Shown here in pieces: positions 37,982-48,652 of a stretch of DNA of 64,000 nucleotides. Source of the stretch: Porticoccaceae bacterium (lineage in GTDB: Bacteria > Pseudomonadota > Gammaproteobacteria > Pseudomonadales > Porticoccaceae); the NCBI GenBank assembly GCA_026005035.1, contig BPKH01000001.1, positions 269,610 to 333,609 on the forward strand, given 5' to 3'. The translations under genes and the position numbers were made by a program. Position 1 is the first letter of the stretch; the number at the start of each line of letters is the position of its first letter. Below the pieces are notes generated by a model. That model searched no databases. It had not been told where the DNA came from and worked only from the letters and a program-made list of their open reading frames with translations.

Positions 37982-40825
37982 ATGGATAAGATCGTCATCC
38001 GCGGCGCGCGCACCCACAATCTCCAGGGCATCGATCTGGAACTGCCGAGGGACCGGCTGATCGTCATCACCGGGCTTTCCGGATCGGGCAAGTCATCCCT
38101 GGCCTTCGACACCCTCTACGCCGAGGGGCAGCGCCGCTACGTCGAGTCCCTGTCGGCTTACGCCCGGCAGTTTCTGTCGATGATGGAAAAGCCCGACGTG
38201 GAGCACATCGAGGGGCTGTCGCCGGCCATCTCCATCGAGCAGAAGTCCACCTCCCACAACCCCCGCTCCACGGTGGGCACCATCACCGAGATCTACGACT
38301 ACCTGCGCCTCCTCTACGCCCGGGCGGGCGAGCCGCGCTGTCCCGACCACGACCTGCCCCTGGACGCCCAGACGGTGAGCCAAATGGTGGACCAGGTGCT
38401 CTCCCGTCCCGAGGGCAGCGCCTGGATGCTCCTCGCCCCGCTGGTGCGCGACCGCAAGGGGGAGCACCAGGCGGTGTTCGAGCAGCTGCGCGCCCAGGGG
38501 TTCGTGCGCGCCCGGGTGGATGGGCGCGTCTACGACCTGGACGAGGTCCCCCAACTGGACAAGCGCCGCAAGCACCGGATCGAGGCGGTGGTGGACCGCT
38601 TCCGGGTGCGCGCCGACCTGCGGCAGAGACTCGCCGAGTCCTTCGAGACCGCGCTCGCCCTCTCGGGGGGGCTCGCCGTGGTGGCGCCCCTGGAAGGAGG
38701 CGAAGAGACCATCTTTTCGGCGCGCTTCGCATGCCCCCTGTGCGATTACAGCATCGGGGAACTGGAACCGCGCCTCTTTTCCTTCAACAACCCGGCCGGC
38801 GCCTGCCCTCGCTGCGACGGCCTCGGCGTGGTGCAGTTTTTCGACGTGGCGCGGGTGGTGGCGCGCCCGGAGGCGTCCCTGGCGGAAGGGGCGATCCGCG
38901 GCTGGGACCGGCGCAACCCCTTCCTGTTCAACCTCATCTCCTCCCTGGCCGCCCACTACGGCTTCGACCTCGACACCCCCTTTCGCGAGCTCGACGAGGC
39001 AATCCAGCGGGTGATCCTGTTCGGCTCGGGGCAGGAGGAGATCGAGTTCCGCTACGCCAACGAGCGCGGCACCCTCTACCGGCGCCGCCACCCCTTCGAG
39101 GGGGTGATCCCCAACCTGGAGCGGCGCTGGCGGGAGTCGGCCTCGCCGGCGGTGCGCGAGGAGCTCGGCCGGCTGATCAGCACCCAGCCCTGCCCCGAGT
39201 GCGACGGCACCCGCCTCAACCGGGCGGCACGCCACGTCTTCGTGGACGGCCGCTCGCTGCCGGAGATCACCGCCCTGGCGGTGGGCGAGCTGTGCGACTA
39301 CTACGCCGGCCTCACCCTGCCTGGCCGGCGGGGGGAGATCGCCGCCAAGATCCTCAAAGAGATCCGCGCCCGGCTGCGCTTCCTGGTGGACGTCGGCCTC
39401 GCCTATCTGACCCTGGACCGCAGCGCCGAGACCCTCTCCGGGGGCGAGGCCCAGCGGATCCGCTTGGCGAGCCAGATCGGCGCCGGCCTGGTGGGGGTGA
39501 TGTACATCCTCGACGAGCCCTCCATCGGGCTCCACCAGCGGGACAACGCCCGCCTCCTCGACACCCTGCTGCGGCTGCGCGACCTGGGCAACACGGTGAT
39601 CGTGGTCGAGCACGACGAGGACGCCATCCGGGCCGCCGACCACATCGTCGACATGGGACCGGGGGCGGGGGTGCACGGCGGCCGGGTGGTGGCCCAGGGG
39701 ACGGTGGCGGAGATCGTCGCCTGCGAGGAATCCCTGACCGGCCAGTATCTCTCCGGCCGCCGCGAGATCCCCCTGCCCAGCCGCCGCCACGCCGCCGCCG
39801 GCGGGCGCCACCTGTGGATTCGCGGCGCCCGCGGCAACAACCTCCAGGGGATCGACGTGGCCATCCCGGTGGGCACCTTCACCTGCATCACCGGGGTGTC
39901 CGGCTCGGGCAAGTCGACCCTGATCAACGAGACCCTCTATCCCATCGCCGCCGCCGTCCTCAACGGCGCGCGCAATCTGCGCCCTGCCCCCTGTGACGGC
40001 GTCGAGGGCCTGGAGCACTTCGACAAGTGCGTGGACATCGATCAAAGTCCCATCGGCCGCACGCCCCGCTCCAATCCCGCCACCTACACCGGCCTTTTCA
40101 CCCCCATCCGGGAACTGTTCGCCGCCACGCCGGAGGCCCGCGCCCGGGGCTACAAGCCGGGGCGTTTTTCCTTCAACGTGCGCGGGGGGCGCTGCGAAGC
40201 CTGCCAGGGGGACGGGGTCACCAAGGTGGAGATGCACTTTCTGCCCGATCTGTACGTCACCTGCGACGTCTGCCAGGGCCGCCGCTACAACCGCGAGACG
40301 CTGGAGATCCGCTACAAAGGCAAAAACATCCACGAGGTCCTAGAGATGACCGTGGAGGAAGCCCGCGACTTCTTCGCCGCCGTGCCGGCGGTGGCGAACC
40401 GCCTCCAGACCCTGATGGACGTCGGTTTGGGCTACGTGCGCCTGGGCCAGTCGGCCACCACCCTCTCCGGCGGCGAAGCCCAGCGGGTCAAGCTGGCGCG
40501 GGAACTGGCCAAGCGGGACACCGGTCGGACGCTCTACATCCTCGACGAGCCCACCACCGGGTTGCATTTCCACGACATCCGCCAGCTTTTGGAGGTGCTC
40601 CACCGCCTGCGGGACCACGGCAATACCGTGGTGGTGATCGAGCACAACCTGGACGTGATCAAGACCGCCGACTGGATCGTCGACCTGGGTCCGGAAGGCG
40701 GCGCCGGCGGCGGCCGCGTGGTGGCGGCGGGGACCCCCGAGGAGGTTGCCGCCTGTGCCGACTCCCACACCGGCCGCTTTCTGGCGCCGCTGCTCGCCCG
40801 CCACCGCGAGCGCCGCCGCGCCTAG
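37982..40825 (+). CDS. uvrA: excinuclease ABC subunit A
   Basis: ATG 37982 lies inside ORF 37925..40825. [44 protein letters not shown]. Second ATPase module [10 protein letters not shown]. Zn-finger CPxC pairs. Confidence 0.95.
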   Translation: MDKIVIRGARTHNLQGIDLELPRDRLIVITGLSGSGKSSLAFDTLYAEGQRRYVESLSAYARQFLSMMEKPDVEHIEGLSPAISIEQKSTSHNPRSTVGTITEIYDYLRLLYARAGEPRCPDHDLPLDAQTVSQMVDQVLSRPEGSAWMLLAPLVRDRKGEHQAVFEQLRAQGFVRARVDGRVYDLDEVPQLDKRRKHRIEAVVDRFRVRADLRQRLAESFETALALSGGLAVVAPLEGGEETIFSARFACPLCDYSIGELEPRLFSFNNPAGACPRCDGLGVVQFFDVARVVARPEASLAEGAIRGWDRRNPFLFNLISSLAAHYGFDLDTPFRELDEAIQRVILFGSGQEEIEFRYANERGTLYRRRHPFEGVIPNLERRWRESASPAVREELGRLISTQPCPECDGTRLNRAARHVFVDGRSLPEITALAVGELCDYYAGLTLPGRRGEIAAKILKEIRARLRFLVDVGLAYLTLDRSAETLSGGEAQRIRLASQIGAGLVGVMYILDEPSIGLHQRDNARLLDTLLRLRDLGNTVIVVEHDEDAIRAADHIVDMGPGAGVHGGRVVAQGTVAEIVACEESLTGQYLSGRREIPLPSRRHAAAGGRHLWIRGARGNNLQGIDVAIPVGTFTCITGVSGSGKSTLINETLYPIAAAVLNGARNLRPAPCDGVEGLEHFDKCVDIDQSPIGRTPRSNPATYTGLFTPIRELFAATPEARARGYKPGRFSFNVRGGRCEACQGDGVTKVEMHFLPDLYVTCDVCQGRRYNRETLEIRYKGKNIHEVLEMTVEEARDFFAAVPAVANRLQTLMDVGLGYVRLGQSATTLSGGEAQRVKLARELAKRDTGRTLYILDEPTTGLHFHDIRQLLEVLHRLRDHGNTVVVIEHNLDVIKTADWIVDLGPEGGAGGGRVVAAGTPEEVAACADSHTGRFLAPLLARHRERRRA

Positions 40826-42069
40826 CGGCCGAGCAGCGACTCGATGAGCGCCACCTGGGCCGGCAGACAGCGGCTGCGCAGGTCGTACTGTTCGGCCACG
40901 AAACGGCGCGCCTGGCGCCCCACCTCGCGGCGCAGTTCGGGCGCCTCCAGGAGCTCCACGGCGCGCGCCACCAGTGTGTCTTCGGAAAAGTAATCGAAGA
41001 GAAAGCCGTTCTCGCCGTCGCGGATCACCTCCTCCACCGGCGGCGTCGCCGACGCCAAGACCGGCGCCTCGCAGGCCATCGCCTCCAGCACCGACCAGGA
41101 GAGGACGAACGGATAGGTGAGGTAGAGGTGCAGAGAGGTGATGGAGAACAGGTCGAGCAGCTTTCCGTAGGGCACTCGGCCCACGAACAACACCCGCTCC
41201 AGGTCCAGGCGATCCCCCACCTCGTCGAGGAGCACCTCGCGCCAGGGCCGCCCCGAAGGGTGGCCGCGCACGTAGCTCACCTCGTCGCCGCCCACCACCA
41301 CGAAGATCGCCTTCGGCCGCTCCCACTGGAGGCGCGGCAGGGCGCGCATGAAGCGGTGAAAGCCCCGGCTCGGCTCGAGGTTGCGCACCGCGTAGGTGAT
41401 GATCTCATCCTCGGCGGTGAGGCGCAGTCCCGGCCGCACCTCGGGAAATTCCACCACCGCGGCGCGGCGCGGCGCCACCTGGACAGTGTCGACGCCGTCG
41501 TGGATCACCCGGATCCGCTCGCGATATTCGCAGGGGAAAGTGCTCCACTGCCAGCGGGTGGGCGAGATTCCGGCGTCGGCCATGTCGAGGGCCACCCAGT
41601 GGGGCGCGTTCTTCAGCCGGTAGTGGCTGGCCAGCCCGAAGTGGACCGGAAATTCCGGCTCGAAGCCCACCAAGGGCCCGTCCGGCTGAAAAAAGAACTC
41701 GAAGTAGAAAAGCAGCTTGGCCCGGGGGAACACCTCCCGCAGGTAGAAGTGCTCCCCCCACCCCGGGTGGGCGGCGATCACATCGGGGTCGAGACCCCGC
41801 TGGCGCTGGCGCAGGAGCACCCGCGTGAGGGCCGTCGCCCGCTGGAGCTGGGCGGTGAATTCGGCCGCCGGCCCCGGCAGGCCCTCCGGCACCGGAGGTG
41901 GCTTGTCGTAGCCGAGCAGCTTCACCTGCGGATGGATCAATCCCCGCTGGCGCACGACGTTGTCCCGCTCGCCGACGCCGTAGCAGACCCAATCCGGATG
42001 CGCCGCGAAGTAGCGGGAGAGGTAGCGGTACTGCCCGGGAAAGTTCTGGTGGATGAAGAGGATCTGCAC
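40822..42069 (-). CDS. glycosyltransferase (GT-B, family 4 / group 1-like)
   Basis: GTG 42069 ([17 protein letters not shown]...). C-terminal ...[35 protein letters not shown] is the GT1 E-x7-E region. The upstream part of ORF 40822..42159 overlaps tRNA-Arg. Confidence 0.65.
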   Translation of the reverse strand: MQILFIHQNFPGQYRYLSRYFAAHPDWVCYGVGERDNVVRQRGLIHPQVKLLGYDKPPPVPEGLPGPAAEFTAQLQRATALTRVLLRQRQRGLDPDVIAAHPGWGEHFYLREVFPRAKLLFYFEFFFQPDGPLVGFEPEFPVHFGLASHYRLKNAPHWVALDMADAGISPTRWQWSTFPCEYRERIRVIHDGVDTVQVAPRRAAVVEFPEVRPGLRLTAEDEIITYAVRNLEPSRGFHRFMRALPRLQWERPKAIFVVVGGDEVSYVRGHPSGRPWREVLLDEVGDRLDLERVLFVGRVPYGKLLDLFSITSLHLYLTYPFVLSWSVLEAMACEAPVLASATPPVEEVIRDGENGFLFDYFSEDTLVARAVELLEAPELRREVGRQARRFVAEQYDLRSRCLPAQVALIESLLGR

Positions 42070-42109
42070 GGCGCGTCCCCCGGCGGGCCGCTGCGGCGGA
42101 GGCGAAAAG

Positions 42110-42186
<77 letters not shown>

Positions 42187-42216
42187 GCAGCGCGGGCCGG
42201 GCCCGGCAGGCGGGCA

Positions 42217-42245
42217 ATTCTACCCGGTTTGGGCGCCGTGCCCAA
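42217..42245 (-). promoter_or_regulatory. possible sigma70-type promoter of tRNA-Arg (inside the 3' end of mscS)
   Basis: Minus strand TTGGGC (42245..42240), 17 nt, TAGAAT (42222..42217), about 30 nt upstream of the tRNA 5' end. Confidence 0.35.
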
Positions 42246-43146
42246 TGGGGTCGGGAACTTTTTTCGCCAGCGCCTCGAGGCCGGAACGGATGTGGATGTC
42301 CCGCTGGGGAAAGGGCACCTCGATGGCGTTTTCCGCCAAGACGCGGTGGATCAGCAGCAGGAACCGGGAGCGGGCGACTCCGGGGCGGCGCACCAGCTCG
42401 CCGCGGATCCAGACAACCAGCTCGAAGTCTAGGCTGCTGTCGCCGAAGGCGGCAAACAGCACCATCGGCTCGCGCCCGGCGCCGGACACCACGTCGGGAT
42501 GGCACCGCGCCGCCTCCGCCACCCGCTCGATGACCAGGTCGGGGTCGGTGCCATAGGCGACGCCGAACTCCACCTTGATCCGCTTGTAGTCGTCGCGGAG
42601 GGTCCAGTTGGTGACCCGGCCGGTGATGAATTCGGTGTTGGGAACCAGGATGTCCTCGTTGTCGAGCGTGCGGATCAGGGTGCTGCGGATGCGGATCTCG
42701 GCCACTTCGCCGAAGAGGCCACTTTCCAACTCCACGAAATCGCCCACCCGCAGGGAGCGCTCGAAGAGGATGATGATCCCGGAGACGAAATTGCTGACCA
42801 CGTTCTGCAGGCCGAAGCCGATCCCCACGCTGAGGGCGCCGGCCACCAGCGCAATGCGGTCGAAGGTGATGCCGAGGGCGGAGAGGGCCGCGAGCGCGCC
42901 CAGCAGGTAGATGCCGTAGCCGAGCAGACGGGTGAGGGTGTAGATCTGCGCCTCGCGGACGTTGCCCCGAAAGGCCAATAGCCGCGCCAGGGCGCGCCGC
43001 GCCAGCCGCACCACCACCGCGGTGGCCAACAGGATGGCGGCGGCGGTGACCAACTGATAGGTGTTGAGGGCGTAGTCGCCCACCAGCAAGAGCTCCTCGC
43101 CCAACCAGCGCTGGAGCGAAGCCCAAAAGTGCGCCGCGTCCACCAT
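42220..43146 (-). CDS. mechanosensitive ion channel (MscS family)
   Basis: ORF 42220..43146. Pore helix region ALSVGIGFGLQNVVSNFVSGIIILFERSLRVGDFVE followed by a beta domain. Confidence 0.85.
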   Translation of the reverse strand: MVDAAHFWASLQRWLGEELLLVGDYALNTYQLVTAAAILLATAVVVRLARRALARLLAFRGNVREAQIYTLTRLLGYGIYLLGALAALSALGITFDRIALVAGALSVGIGFGLQNVVSNFVSGIIILFERSLRVGDFVELESGLFGEVAEIRIRSTLIRTLDNEDILVPNTEFITGRVTNWTLRDDYKRIKVEFGVAYGTDPDLVIERVAEAARCHPDVVSGAGREPMVLFAAFGDSSLDFELVVWIRGELVRRPGVARSRFLLLIHRVLAENAIEVPFPQRDIHIRSGLEALAKKVPDPIGHGAQTG

Positions 43147-43279
43147 TCAACCCCCCCGCGCGACTCCAAGGGGGCCCGCTTTCCGCCACGTCGCCACGCC
43201 GCTGTTCCCCTCGCGTGCCGGCGCCATTATGGACGCGCGGAGGGCGCGGTGCCAGGGGCGCTGCTGATATCATCCCGCC

Positions 43280-44512
43280 ATGGAGATCTATCTGGTGGGC
43301 GGCGCCGTCCGCGACGAATTGCTCGGGCTGCCGGTGACCGAGCGCGACTGGGTGGTGGTGGGGGCGACCCCGGAGGAGATGACCGCTCTCGGTTTCCGCC
43401 CGGTGGGGCGCGACTTTCCCGTCTTTCTCCACCCCGAGACCGGCGAGGAGTACGCGCTCGCCCGCACCGAGCGCAAGACCGGGCGCGGCTACAAGGGCTT
43501 TACCTTTTACGCCGGCCCCGACGTCACCCTGGAAGAAGACCTGCGCCGCCGCGATCTCACGGTCAACGCCATGGCGCGGGACCGCGAGGGGCGACTGATC
43601 GACCCCTGGGGCGGGCGGGCCGACCTCGAAGCGCGCGTCCTGCGCCACGTCTCCCCGGCCTTCGTCGAAGATCCCCTGCGGGTCCTGCGGGTGGCCCGCT
43701 TCGCCGCCCGCTTCGCGCCCCTCGGCTTCGTGGTGGCCGCGGAGACCATGGCGCTGATGCGGGTGATCGCGGCCCGAGGGGAGCTCGCCGACCTCACCCC
43801 CGAGCGGGTCTGGCAGGAGCTGGACCGCGCCCTGGGCACCGACGCGCCCGCGGAGTTCGTGGCCACCCTCCGCCACGCCGGCGCTTTGGTGGTGCTCTTC
43901 CCGGAGATCGACCGCCTCTTCGGCGTCCCCCAACGGGCCGACTACCACCCCGAGGTGGACACCGGCTTGCACACCCTCCTCGCCCTGTCCAAGGCCGCCG
44001 AACTGAGCCCCGAGCGGGCGGTGCGCTTCGCCGCGCTGGTGCACGACCTGGGCAAGGGAACTACCGCGCCCGAGATCCTGCCGCGCCACGTGGGGCACGA
44101 AGAGCGCGGCCTGCCCCTCGTCGACGCCCTGTGTGACCGCCTGCGCGCCCCCAACGAGTACCGGGAGCTGGCGCGCATCGTCACCCGTTTGCACCTCCTC
44201 TGCCACAAGGTGTTCGAACTGCGCCCGGCAACGGTGTTGCGCCTGCTCAAGGCGGCCGACGCCTTCCGCCGGCGCGCCCGCTTCGAGCGCTTCCTCCTGG
44301 CGGTGGAGGCGGACGCCCGCGGCCGCCACGGCTTCGAGGACCGGCCCTACCGCCAGGGGCGCTGGCTCAGGGCCTTGGTGGACCACCTGGAGCGCACCGT
44401 CCAAGTGGAGCCCCTGCTGGCCCAGGGCCTGCGCGGCGCCGAACTGGGGGCCGCCCTGGACCGGGCGCGGGAAGCGGCCATCCGCGCCTTTCCCCGCGAG
44501 GTGGCCGAGTGA
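43280..44512 (+). CDS. cca: multifunctional CCA-adding tRNA nucleotidyltransferase / phosphohydrolase
   Basis: [28 protein letters not shown]..., [10 protein letters not shown]-terminal HD domain LVHDLGK. Confidence 0.92.
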   Translation: MEIYLVGGAVRDELLGLPVTERDWVVVGATPEEMTALGFRPVGRDFPVFLHPETGEEYALARTERKTGRGYKGFTFYAGPDVTLEEDLRRRDLTVNAMARDREGRLIDPWGGRADLEARVLRHVSPAFVEDPLRVLRVARFAARFAPLGFVVAAETMALMRVIAARGELADLTPERVWQELDRALGTDAPAEFVATLRHAGALVVLFPEIDRLFGVPQRADYHPEVDTGLHTLLALSKAAELSPERAVRFAALVHDLGKGTTAPEILPRHVGHEERGLPLVDALCDRLRAPNEYRELARIVTRLHLLCHKVFELRPATVLRLLKAADAFRRRARFERFLLAVEADARGRHGFEDRPYRQGRWLRALVDHLERTVQVEPLLAQGLRGAELGAALDRAREAAIRAFPREVAE

Positions 44513-45261
44513 GGCAAGCGCGGGTGGCCCTGGTCACCGGAGCGGGCCGGCGGATCGGCGCGGCCATTGCCCGCGCCCTCTTTCGCGATGGCTTCCGGCT
44601 CGCACTCCACTACCGCCGGTCCGCCGCCGAAGCCCGCGCGCTGGCGCGCGAGCTGGAAGCCGAGCGGCCGGGCAGCGCCGCCTGCTTTGCCGCCGACCTC
44701 GTCCAAGCCGGGGCCGCGGAGGCTCTCGCCGAAGCCGTGCTGGCCCGCTTCGGGCGCCTCGACGCCCTGGTCAACAACGCCTCCACCTATCGGCCCACCC
44801 CCTTCGGGGCCGTCGACCACGCCACCTGGCGCGAACTGGTCGGGGCCAACCTGGAAGGCCACTTCTTCCTCGCCCAGGCCCTCGCCCCCGCGCTGCGCGC
44901 CGCGCGCGGCGCGGTGGTCAACCTCACCGACGCCCGCCTGGCAAAGCCGCAGCGGGGTTATGCCGCCTACGGCGCGGCCAAGGCGGGACTGGCCGCCCTC
45001 ACCCGGGTGTTGGCCGTGGAGCTCGCCCCCGAGGTGCGTGTCAACGGCGTGGCGCCGGGGGCGATCCTCTGGCCCGAGGGGGAGGCCAGCCTGACGGAGG
45101 CCGAGCGCGCGGCCGTGCTCGGGGCCATTCCCCTGGGCCGGCTGGGCACTCCGGAGGAGGTGGCGGAAGTGGTGCGCTATCTGATCGCGGAGGGCAGCTA
45201 TCTCACCGGACAGACCCTCGCCGTGGACGGCGGGCTCAGACTCCTCGGCGAACCCGCCTGA
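44509..45261 (+). CDS. SDR-family pteridine reductase / FolM-like dihydromonapterin reductase
   Basis: GTG 44509 overlaps the cca stop (GTGA). [30 protein letters not shown]. The position next to cca and folK-folB supports a folate-branch role (inference). Confidence 0.65.
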   Translation: MRQARVALVTGAGRRIGAAIARALFRDGFRLALHYRRSAAEARALARELEAERPGSAACFAADLVQAGAAEALAEAVLARFGRLDALVNNASTYRPTPFGAVDHATWRELVGANLEGHFFLAQALAPALRAARGAVVNLTDARLAKPQRGYAAYGAAKAGLAALTRVLAVELAPEVRVNGVAPGAILWPEGEASLTEAERAAVLGAIPLGRLGTPEEVAEVVRYLIAEGSYLTGQTLAVDGGLRLLGEPA

Positions 45262-45287
45262 CCTGGGTCAACCTTCGGCCACCCCCT

Positions 45288-45318
45288 CTTGAAAGCGCCG
45301 CCCGGACGACCCATCAAT
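45288..45318 (+). promoter_or_regulatory. sigma32 (RpoH)-type heat-shock promoter upstream of hsp20
   Basis: CTTGAAA (45288..45294), 15 nt, CCCATCAAT (45310..45318), compared with the consensus CTTGAAA-N13-17-CCCCATnT. It lies 38 nt before ATG 45356. Confidence 0.55.
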
Positions 45319-45355
45319 GCTATGAACCCGATCGCCGAAACAAGGAGGAAACGCC

Positions 45356-45772
45356 ATGGCCCTGGTGCCCCGCAGCAGCCTGTTCGATCTCGACCGCCTC
45401 GTGGATGAATTTTTCGCTCCCGTCAGCCGCGAGGGCGGCTTCTTCGCGCCCCGGGTGGACGTGCGGGAGTTTCCCGACCACTACGAGATCACCGCCGAAT
45501 TGCCGGGCGTCAAGAAAGAGGACCTCGAAGTGCGCCTGGAAGACGGGGTGCTGACCATCGAGGCGGAAAGCCGCCAGGAAGAGAAGGAAGAAAAGGAGGG
45601 CCGCGTGCTCCGCCAGGAGCGCCGCTACGGCAAGTACCTGCGCAGCTTCAACCTGGGCGGCGACGTCCGCGCGGAAGAGATCTCCGCCACTTTCCAGGAT
45701 GGCGTTCTGAAGATCACCGTTCCCCGCGTCACCGAGCAAGCGCCCGCCCGCAAGCGAATCGAGGTCAAATAA
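45356..45772 (+). CDS. Hsp20/alpha-crystallin family small heat-shock protein
   Basis: AAGGAGGA RBS. PRVDVREFPDHYEITAELPGVKKEDLEVRLEDGVLTIEAE...GKYLRSFNLG...ATFQDGVLKITVP. Confidence 0.9.
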   Translation: MALVPRSSLFDLDRLVDEFFAPVSREGGFFAPRVDVREFPDHYEITAELPGVKKEDLEVRLEDGVLTIEAESRQEEKEEKEGRVLRQERRYGKYLRSFNLGGDVRAEEISATFQDGVLKITVPRVTEQAPARKRIEVK

Positions 45773-45807
45773 CACCAGCCAGCTTTGCGAGCAGGGGAGG
45801 ACCGCCC

Positions 45808-46137
45808 GTGGACGACGAACTGCGCGCCTTGGAAGCCCAATTGCGAGCCCGCCGCACCGCCCTCCTCGAGCGGCTCGAGGAGGTGCGGCGGGCGAGCGCC
45901 GAACAGCGCTCGCCCGACTGGTCCGAACAAGCCCAGGAGCGGCAGAACGACGAGGTGCTCGAGGGCATCCGGCGCGAGACGGAGCAGGAGCTCAAACAGG
46001 TGAGCCTCGCTCTGGAGCGCATCGCCGCGGGCGAGTACGACCTGTGCAGCCGTTGCGGCGAGCGCATCCCCCTGGCGCGCTTGCGGGCGGTGCCCTACAC
46101 CAGCCTGTGCATCGAGTGCGCCAGTCGCGCCGGTTAG
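45808..46137 (+). CDS. TraR/DksA-family C4 zinc-finger protein
   Basis: GTG 45808 follows GGGGAGG. Coiled-coil N-terminus and CSRCGERIPLARLRAVPYTSLCIEC. Confidence 0.75.
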   Translation: MDDELRALEAQLRARRTALLERLEEVRRASAEQRSPDWSEQAQERQNDEVLEGIRRETEQELKQVSLALERIAAGEYDLCSRCGERIPLARLRAVPYTSLCIECASRAG

Positions 46138-46140
46138 CGC

Positions 46141-46662
46141 TCAGGCCGAAGCGCGCAGCGGCAGTGCGCGCCCCCGCCAGCAAAAGGGGATGCGCCGCAG
46201 CGGCGGCGCGTGGGGGGCGAGCTCCCGCCACAGGTCGGCGTAGCGGCGGTGCGCCACCGGGTGTTCCTCCTCGCCGGCCACTTCCGCCAAGGGGCCGAGC
46301 ACGAACGCGTCGGTGAGGATCTCCGGCCGCGGCAGGCGCACCCCGTCCACCTCGCCCACCAGGGCGTCGTAGGTCAAGAGGTCCACGTCCAGGGTGCGCG
46401 GGCCGAAGCGCGGCCCGTCCCGCCTCCGGCCGCAGGCCGCCTCGATGGCGCGCAGTCGCGCCGCCACTTCGCCCACCGGCAGCTCGGTGTCGAAGCCGGC
46501 CACCAGGTTGTAGAAATCGTCCCCGGTGAAGCCCACCGCGGCGGTCTCGTACAGGGAGGAGACCACCAGGGGACCGAACTGGTCCGCCAGGGCGTCCAGA
46601 CAGGCGCGCACGTTGCGCTCGCGGTCGATGTTGCTGCCGATGCTGGTCCAGACCCGGGCCAT
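46141..46662 (-). CDS. folK: 2-amino-4-hydroxy-6-hydroxymethyldihydropteridine diphosphokinase
   Basis: VWTSIGSNIDRE..., GPRTLDVDLL, LPRPEILTDAFVLGPLAEV. Confidence 0.88.
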   Translation of the reverse strand: MARVWTSIGSNIDRERNVRACLDALADQFGPLVVSSLYETAAVGFTGDDFYNLVAGFDTELPVGEVAARLRAIEAACGRRRDGPRFGPRTLDVDLLTYDALVGEVDGVRLPRPEILTDAFVLGPLAEVAGEEEHPVAHRRYADLWRELAPHAPPLRRIPFCWRGRALPLRASA

Positions 46663-47018
46663 CAGGGGCGGCTCCCGCGCTCGATCACCAGCCCCACGTC
46701 CGCCGCCCCCCGCAGGGCGCCCGGCTTGCTCAGCCGCAGCCGCACCCAGGGGACGCCGAACTCCTCGGTGACGATGCGCGCCACCTCCTCCGCCAACCGC
46801 TCCACCAGTTGGCAGCGGCTCTCCTGGACGTGGGCGATGATCCGCTTGGCCACCGCCTTGTAGTCGAGGGCGTCTTCGATCCGGTCGGAAGCGGCGGCGG
46901 CGCGGATGTCGGCGGCCATCTCCAGATCCAGGCTCACCGTCTGGCGCACCTCCCGCTCCCAGCCGAAGATGCCGATCACCGTCTCGATGCGCAGATCCCG
47001 AATGTAGACCAGATCCAC
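46662..47018 (-). CDS. folB: dihydroneopterin aldolase
   Basis: MDLVYIRDLRIETVIGIFGWEREVRQTVSLDLEM...DALDYKAV. Its stop shares a base with the folK start. Confidence 0.88.
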   Translation of the reverse strand: MDLVYIRDLRIETVIGIFGWEREVRQTVSLDLEMAADIRAAAASDRIEDALDYKAVAKRIIAHVQESRCQLVERLAEEVARIVTEEFGVPWVRLRLSKPGALRGAADVGLVIERGSRP

Positions 47019-47021
47019 CGC

Positions 47022-48056
47022 TCAGGTCTCCAACGGGGGCAGGGATTCCAGCGGCCAGCGAGGCAGGGCGCGAATCTGGAGGTCGTCCCGCTGCCCGGCG
47101 GCCAGCCGCAAGCAGCCGGCCAGGGCGATCATGGCGCCGTTGTCGGTGCAGAACTCAAGGCGCGGATAGCAAACGCGCCGGCCCAATTCGCCGGCCATCT
47201 CGGCGAGGCGTCGGCGCAGGCGGCGGTTGGCGGCCACCCCCCCGGCGGCCACCAGGGTGGGCAGCCCCGTCTCTTCCAGCGCCCGCCGGCACTTGATGGC
47301 CAGGGTGTCCACCACCGCCTCCTCGAAGGCGCGGGCGATGTCCGCGCGGGTGATCTCGTCGGGCAGGCCGTCGGGACCGGCGCACTCGGCCACCGTGTTG
47401 AGGACGTGGGTCTTGAGACCGGAAAAACTGAAGTCGAACCCGGGGCGGTCGACCATGGGGCGGGGAAAGCGGAAGCGCTGCGGATCCCCGCGCTCCGCGA
47501 GGGCCGCGATCTGCGGCCCCCCCGGATAGCCGAGCCCGAGCATCTTGGCCACCTTGTCGAAGGACTCGCCGGCGGCGTCGTCCAGGGATTCACCCAGCAC
47601 CCGGTAGCGCCCCACCCCCGACACCTCCACCAACTGGGTGTGCCCCCCCGATACCAGAAGCGCCAAAAAGGGGAACTCAGGTCTTTCCTCTTCCAGCAGG
47701 GGCGCGAGCAGATGGCCCTCCATGTGGTGGACGCCGAGGGCGGGAATGCCGCGGGCAAAGGCCAGGGCGCGGGCGAAGGACCCGCCCACCAGCAGGGCGC
47801 CCACGAGCCCGGGGCCGGCGGTATAGGCGATGCCTTCCAGGTCGCCGAGCGCCACTCCCGCATCGGCCAACAGCCGCCGCACCAGGGGCAAAAGTCGCTC
47901 GGCGTGGTCCCGGGAGGCGAGCTCCGGCACCACGCCGCCGTACTCGGCGTGGAGCTTTTCCTGGCTGTGCAGGCGATGGGCGATCAGCCCCCGCGCCGAA
48001 TGGTACAGGGCCACCCCCGTTTCGTCGCAGGAGGTCTCGATGCCGAGTACCAGCAT
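47022..48056 (-). CDS. tsaD: tRNA N6-adenosine threonylcarbamoyltransferase TsaD
   Basis: ATG 48056 lies inside ORF 47022..48302; the upstream part is translated [45 protein letters not shown]. Confidence 0.93.
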   Translation of the reverse strand: MLVLGIETSCDETGVALYHSARGLIAHRLHSQEKLHAEYGGVVPELASRDHAERLLPLVRRLLADAGVALGDLEGIAYTAGPGLVGALLVGGSFARALAFARGIPALGVHHMEGHLLAPLLEEERPEFPFLALLVSGGHTQLVEVSGVGRYRVLGESLDDAAGESFDKVAKMLGLGYPGGPQIAALAERGDPQRFRFPRPMVDRPGFDFSFSGLKTHVLNTVAECAGPDGLPDEITRADIARAFEEAVVDTLAIKCRRALEETGLPTLVAAGGVAANRRLRRRLAEMAGELGRRVCYPRLEFCTDNGAMIALAGCLRLAAGQRDDLQIRALPRWPLESLPPLET

Positions 48057-48172
48057 GGACGTCTCTCGCTTTGGCCGGCCGGCCATGATAATCCGCCAGC
48101 GGCGCGCCAACCAAGGGCGCGCGGGTCCGTCTCCGCGCCCCGCCCCGGGGTGGAGCCGCTCCCGCAACCCTC

Positions 48173-48272
48173 GTAGCCCGGATGGAGCGAGGCGGAATCC
48201 GGGAACCCCCACCCGACAGCCCCCGCTCGCCCCTCCCCGGATTCCGGCGCTGCGCGCCTCCATCCGGGCTAC
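48173..48272. repeat. REPIN-like doublet (arm 48173..48203 fwd, spacer, arm 48236..48272 rev)
   Basis: GTAGCCCGGATGGAGCGAGGCGGAATCCGGG - AACCCCCACCCGACAGCCCCCGCTCGCCCCTC - CCCGGATTCCGGCGCTGCGCGCCTCCATCCGGGCTAC. Confidence 0.85.
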
Positions 48273-48296
48273 GCCCCTTCGCTCGGCCCGCGGCCT

Positions 48297-48325
48297 TTGC
48301 ACCCCGCCGCCTGGCGATGTAGAAT
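48297..48325 (+). promoter_or_regulatory. sigma70-type promoter of the rpsU-yqeY-dnaG-rpoD operon
   Basis: TTGCAC (48297..48302), 17 nt, TAGAAT (48320..48325). Confidence 0.6.
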
Positions 48326-48335
48326 GGCGCGCCTT

Positions 48336-48357
48336 CCGGCCGGGGATCCCCGGCCGG
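48336..48357 (+). promoter_or_regulatory. perfect 22-nt palindrome at the predicted 5' end of the rpsU mRNA
   Basis: CCGGCCGGGGA|TCCCCGGCCGG, centred on GGATCC/GATC, starting 11 nt after the -10 box. Confidence 0.4.
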
Positions 48358-48408
48358 ACGCGTTACCGTCCAAGGTCCACAGCAGCGATCGGGAGGACGC
48401 AAGACCGC

Positions 48409-48624
48409 ATGCCTACGGTACGAGTGAAAGAAAACGAACCCTTCGACGTGGCCCTGCGCCGCTTCAAGCGCTCCTGCGAAAAGGCGGGCATCCTCGCCGA
48501 GGTGCGCCGCCGCGAGTACTACGAAAAGCCCACCTGGGCGCGCAAGCGGAAGCGGGCCGCGGCCATCAAGCGCCACGCCAAGAAACTGGCCCGCGAGGCG
48601 CGCAAGTTTCAGCGCCTCTTCTGA
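48409..48624 (+). CDS. rpsU: 30S ribosomal protein S21
   Basis: ATG 48409 lies inside ORF 47830..48624. [42 protein letters not shown]. Confidence 0.97.
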   Translation: MPTVRVKENEPFDVALRRFKRSCEKAGILAEVRRREYYEKPTWARKRKRAAAIKRHAKKLAREARKFQRLF

Positions 48625-48652
48625 GCCGCGTGAGGCGCGGGCGCCCATCCCC

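Noticed and set aside
37881-37982. Expected LexA/SOS box upstream of uvrA (and of ssb at 35363..35421)
   Set aside because: I found no CTGT-N8-ACAG-type palindrome or other convincing inverted repeat by eye. I make no claim, because the LexA motif of this lineage is unknown to me.
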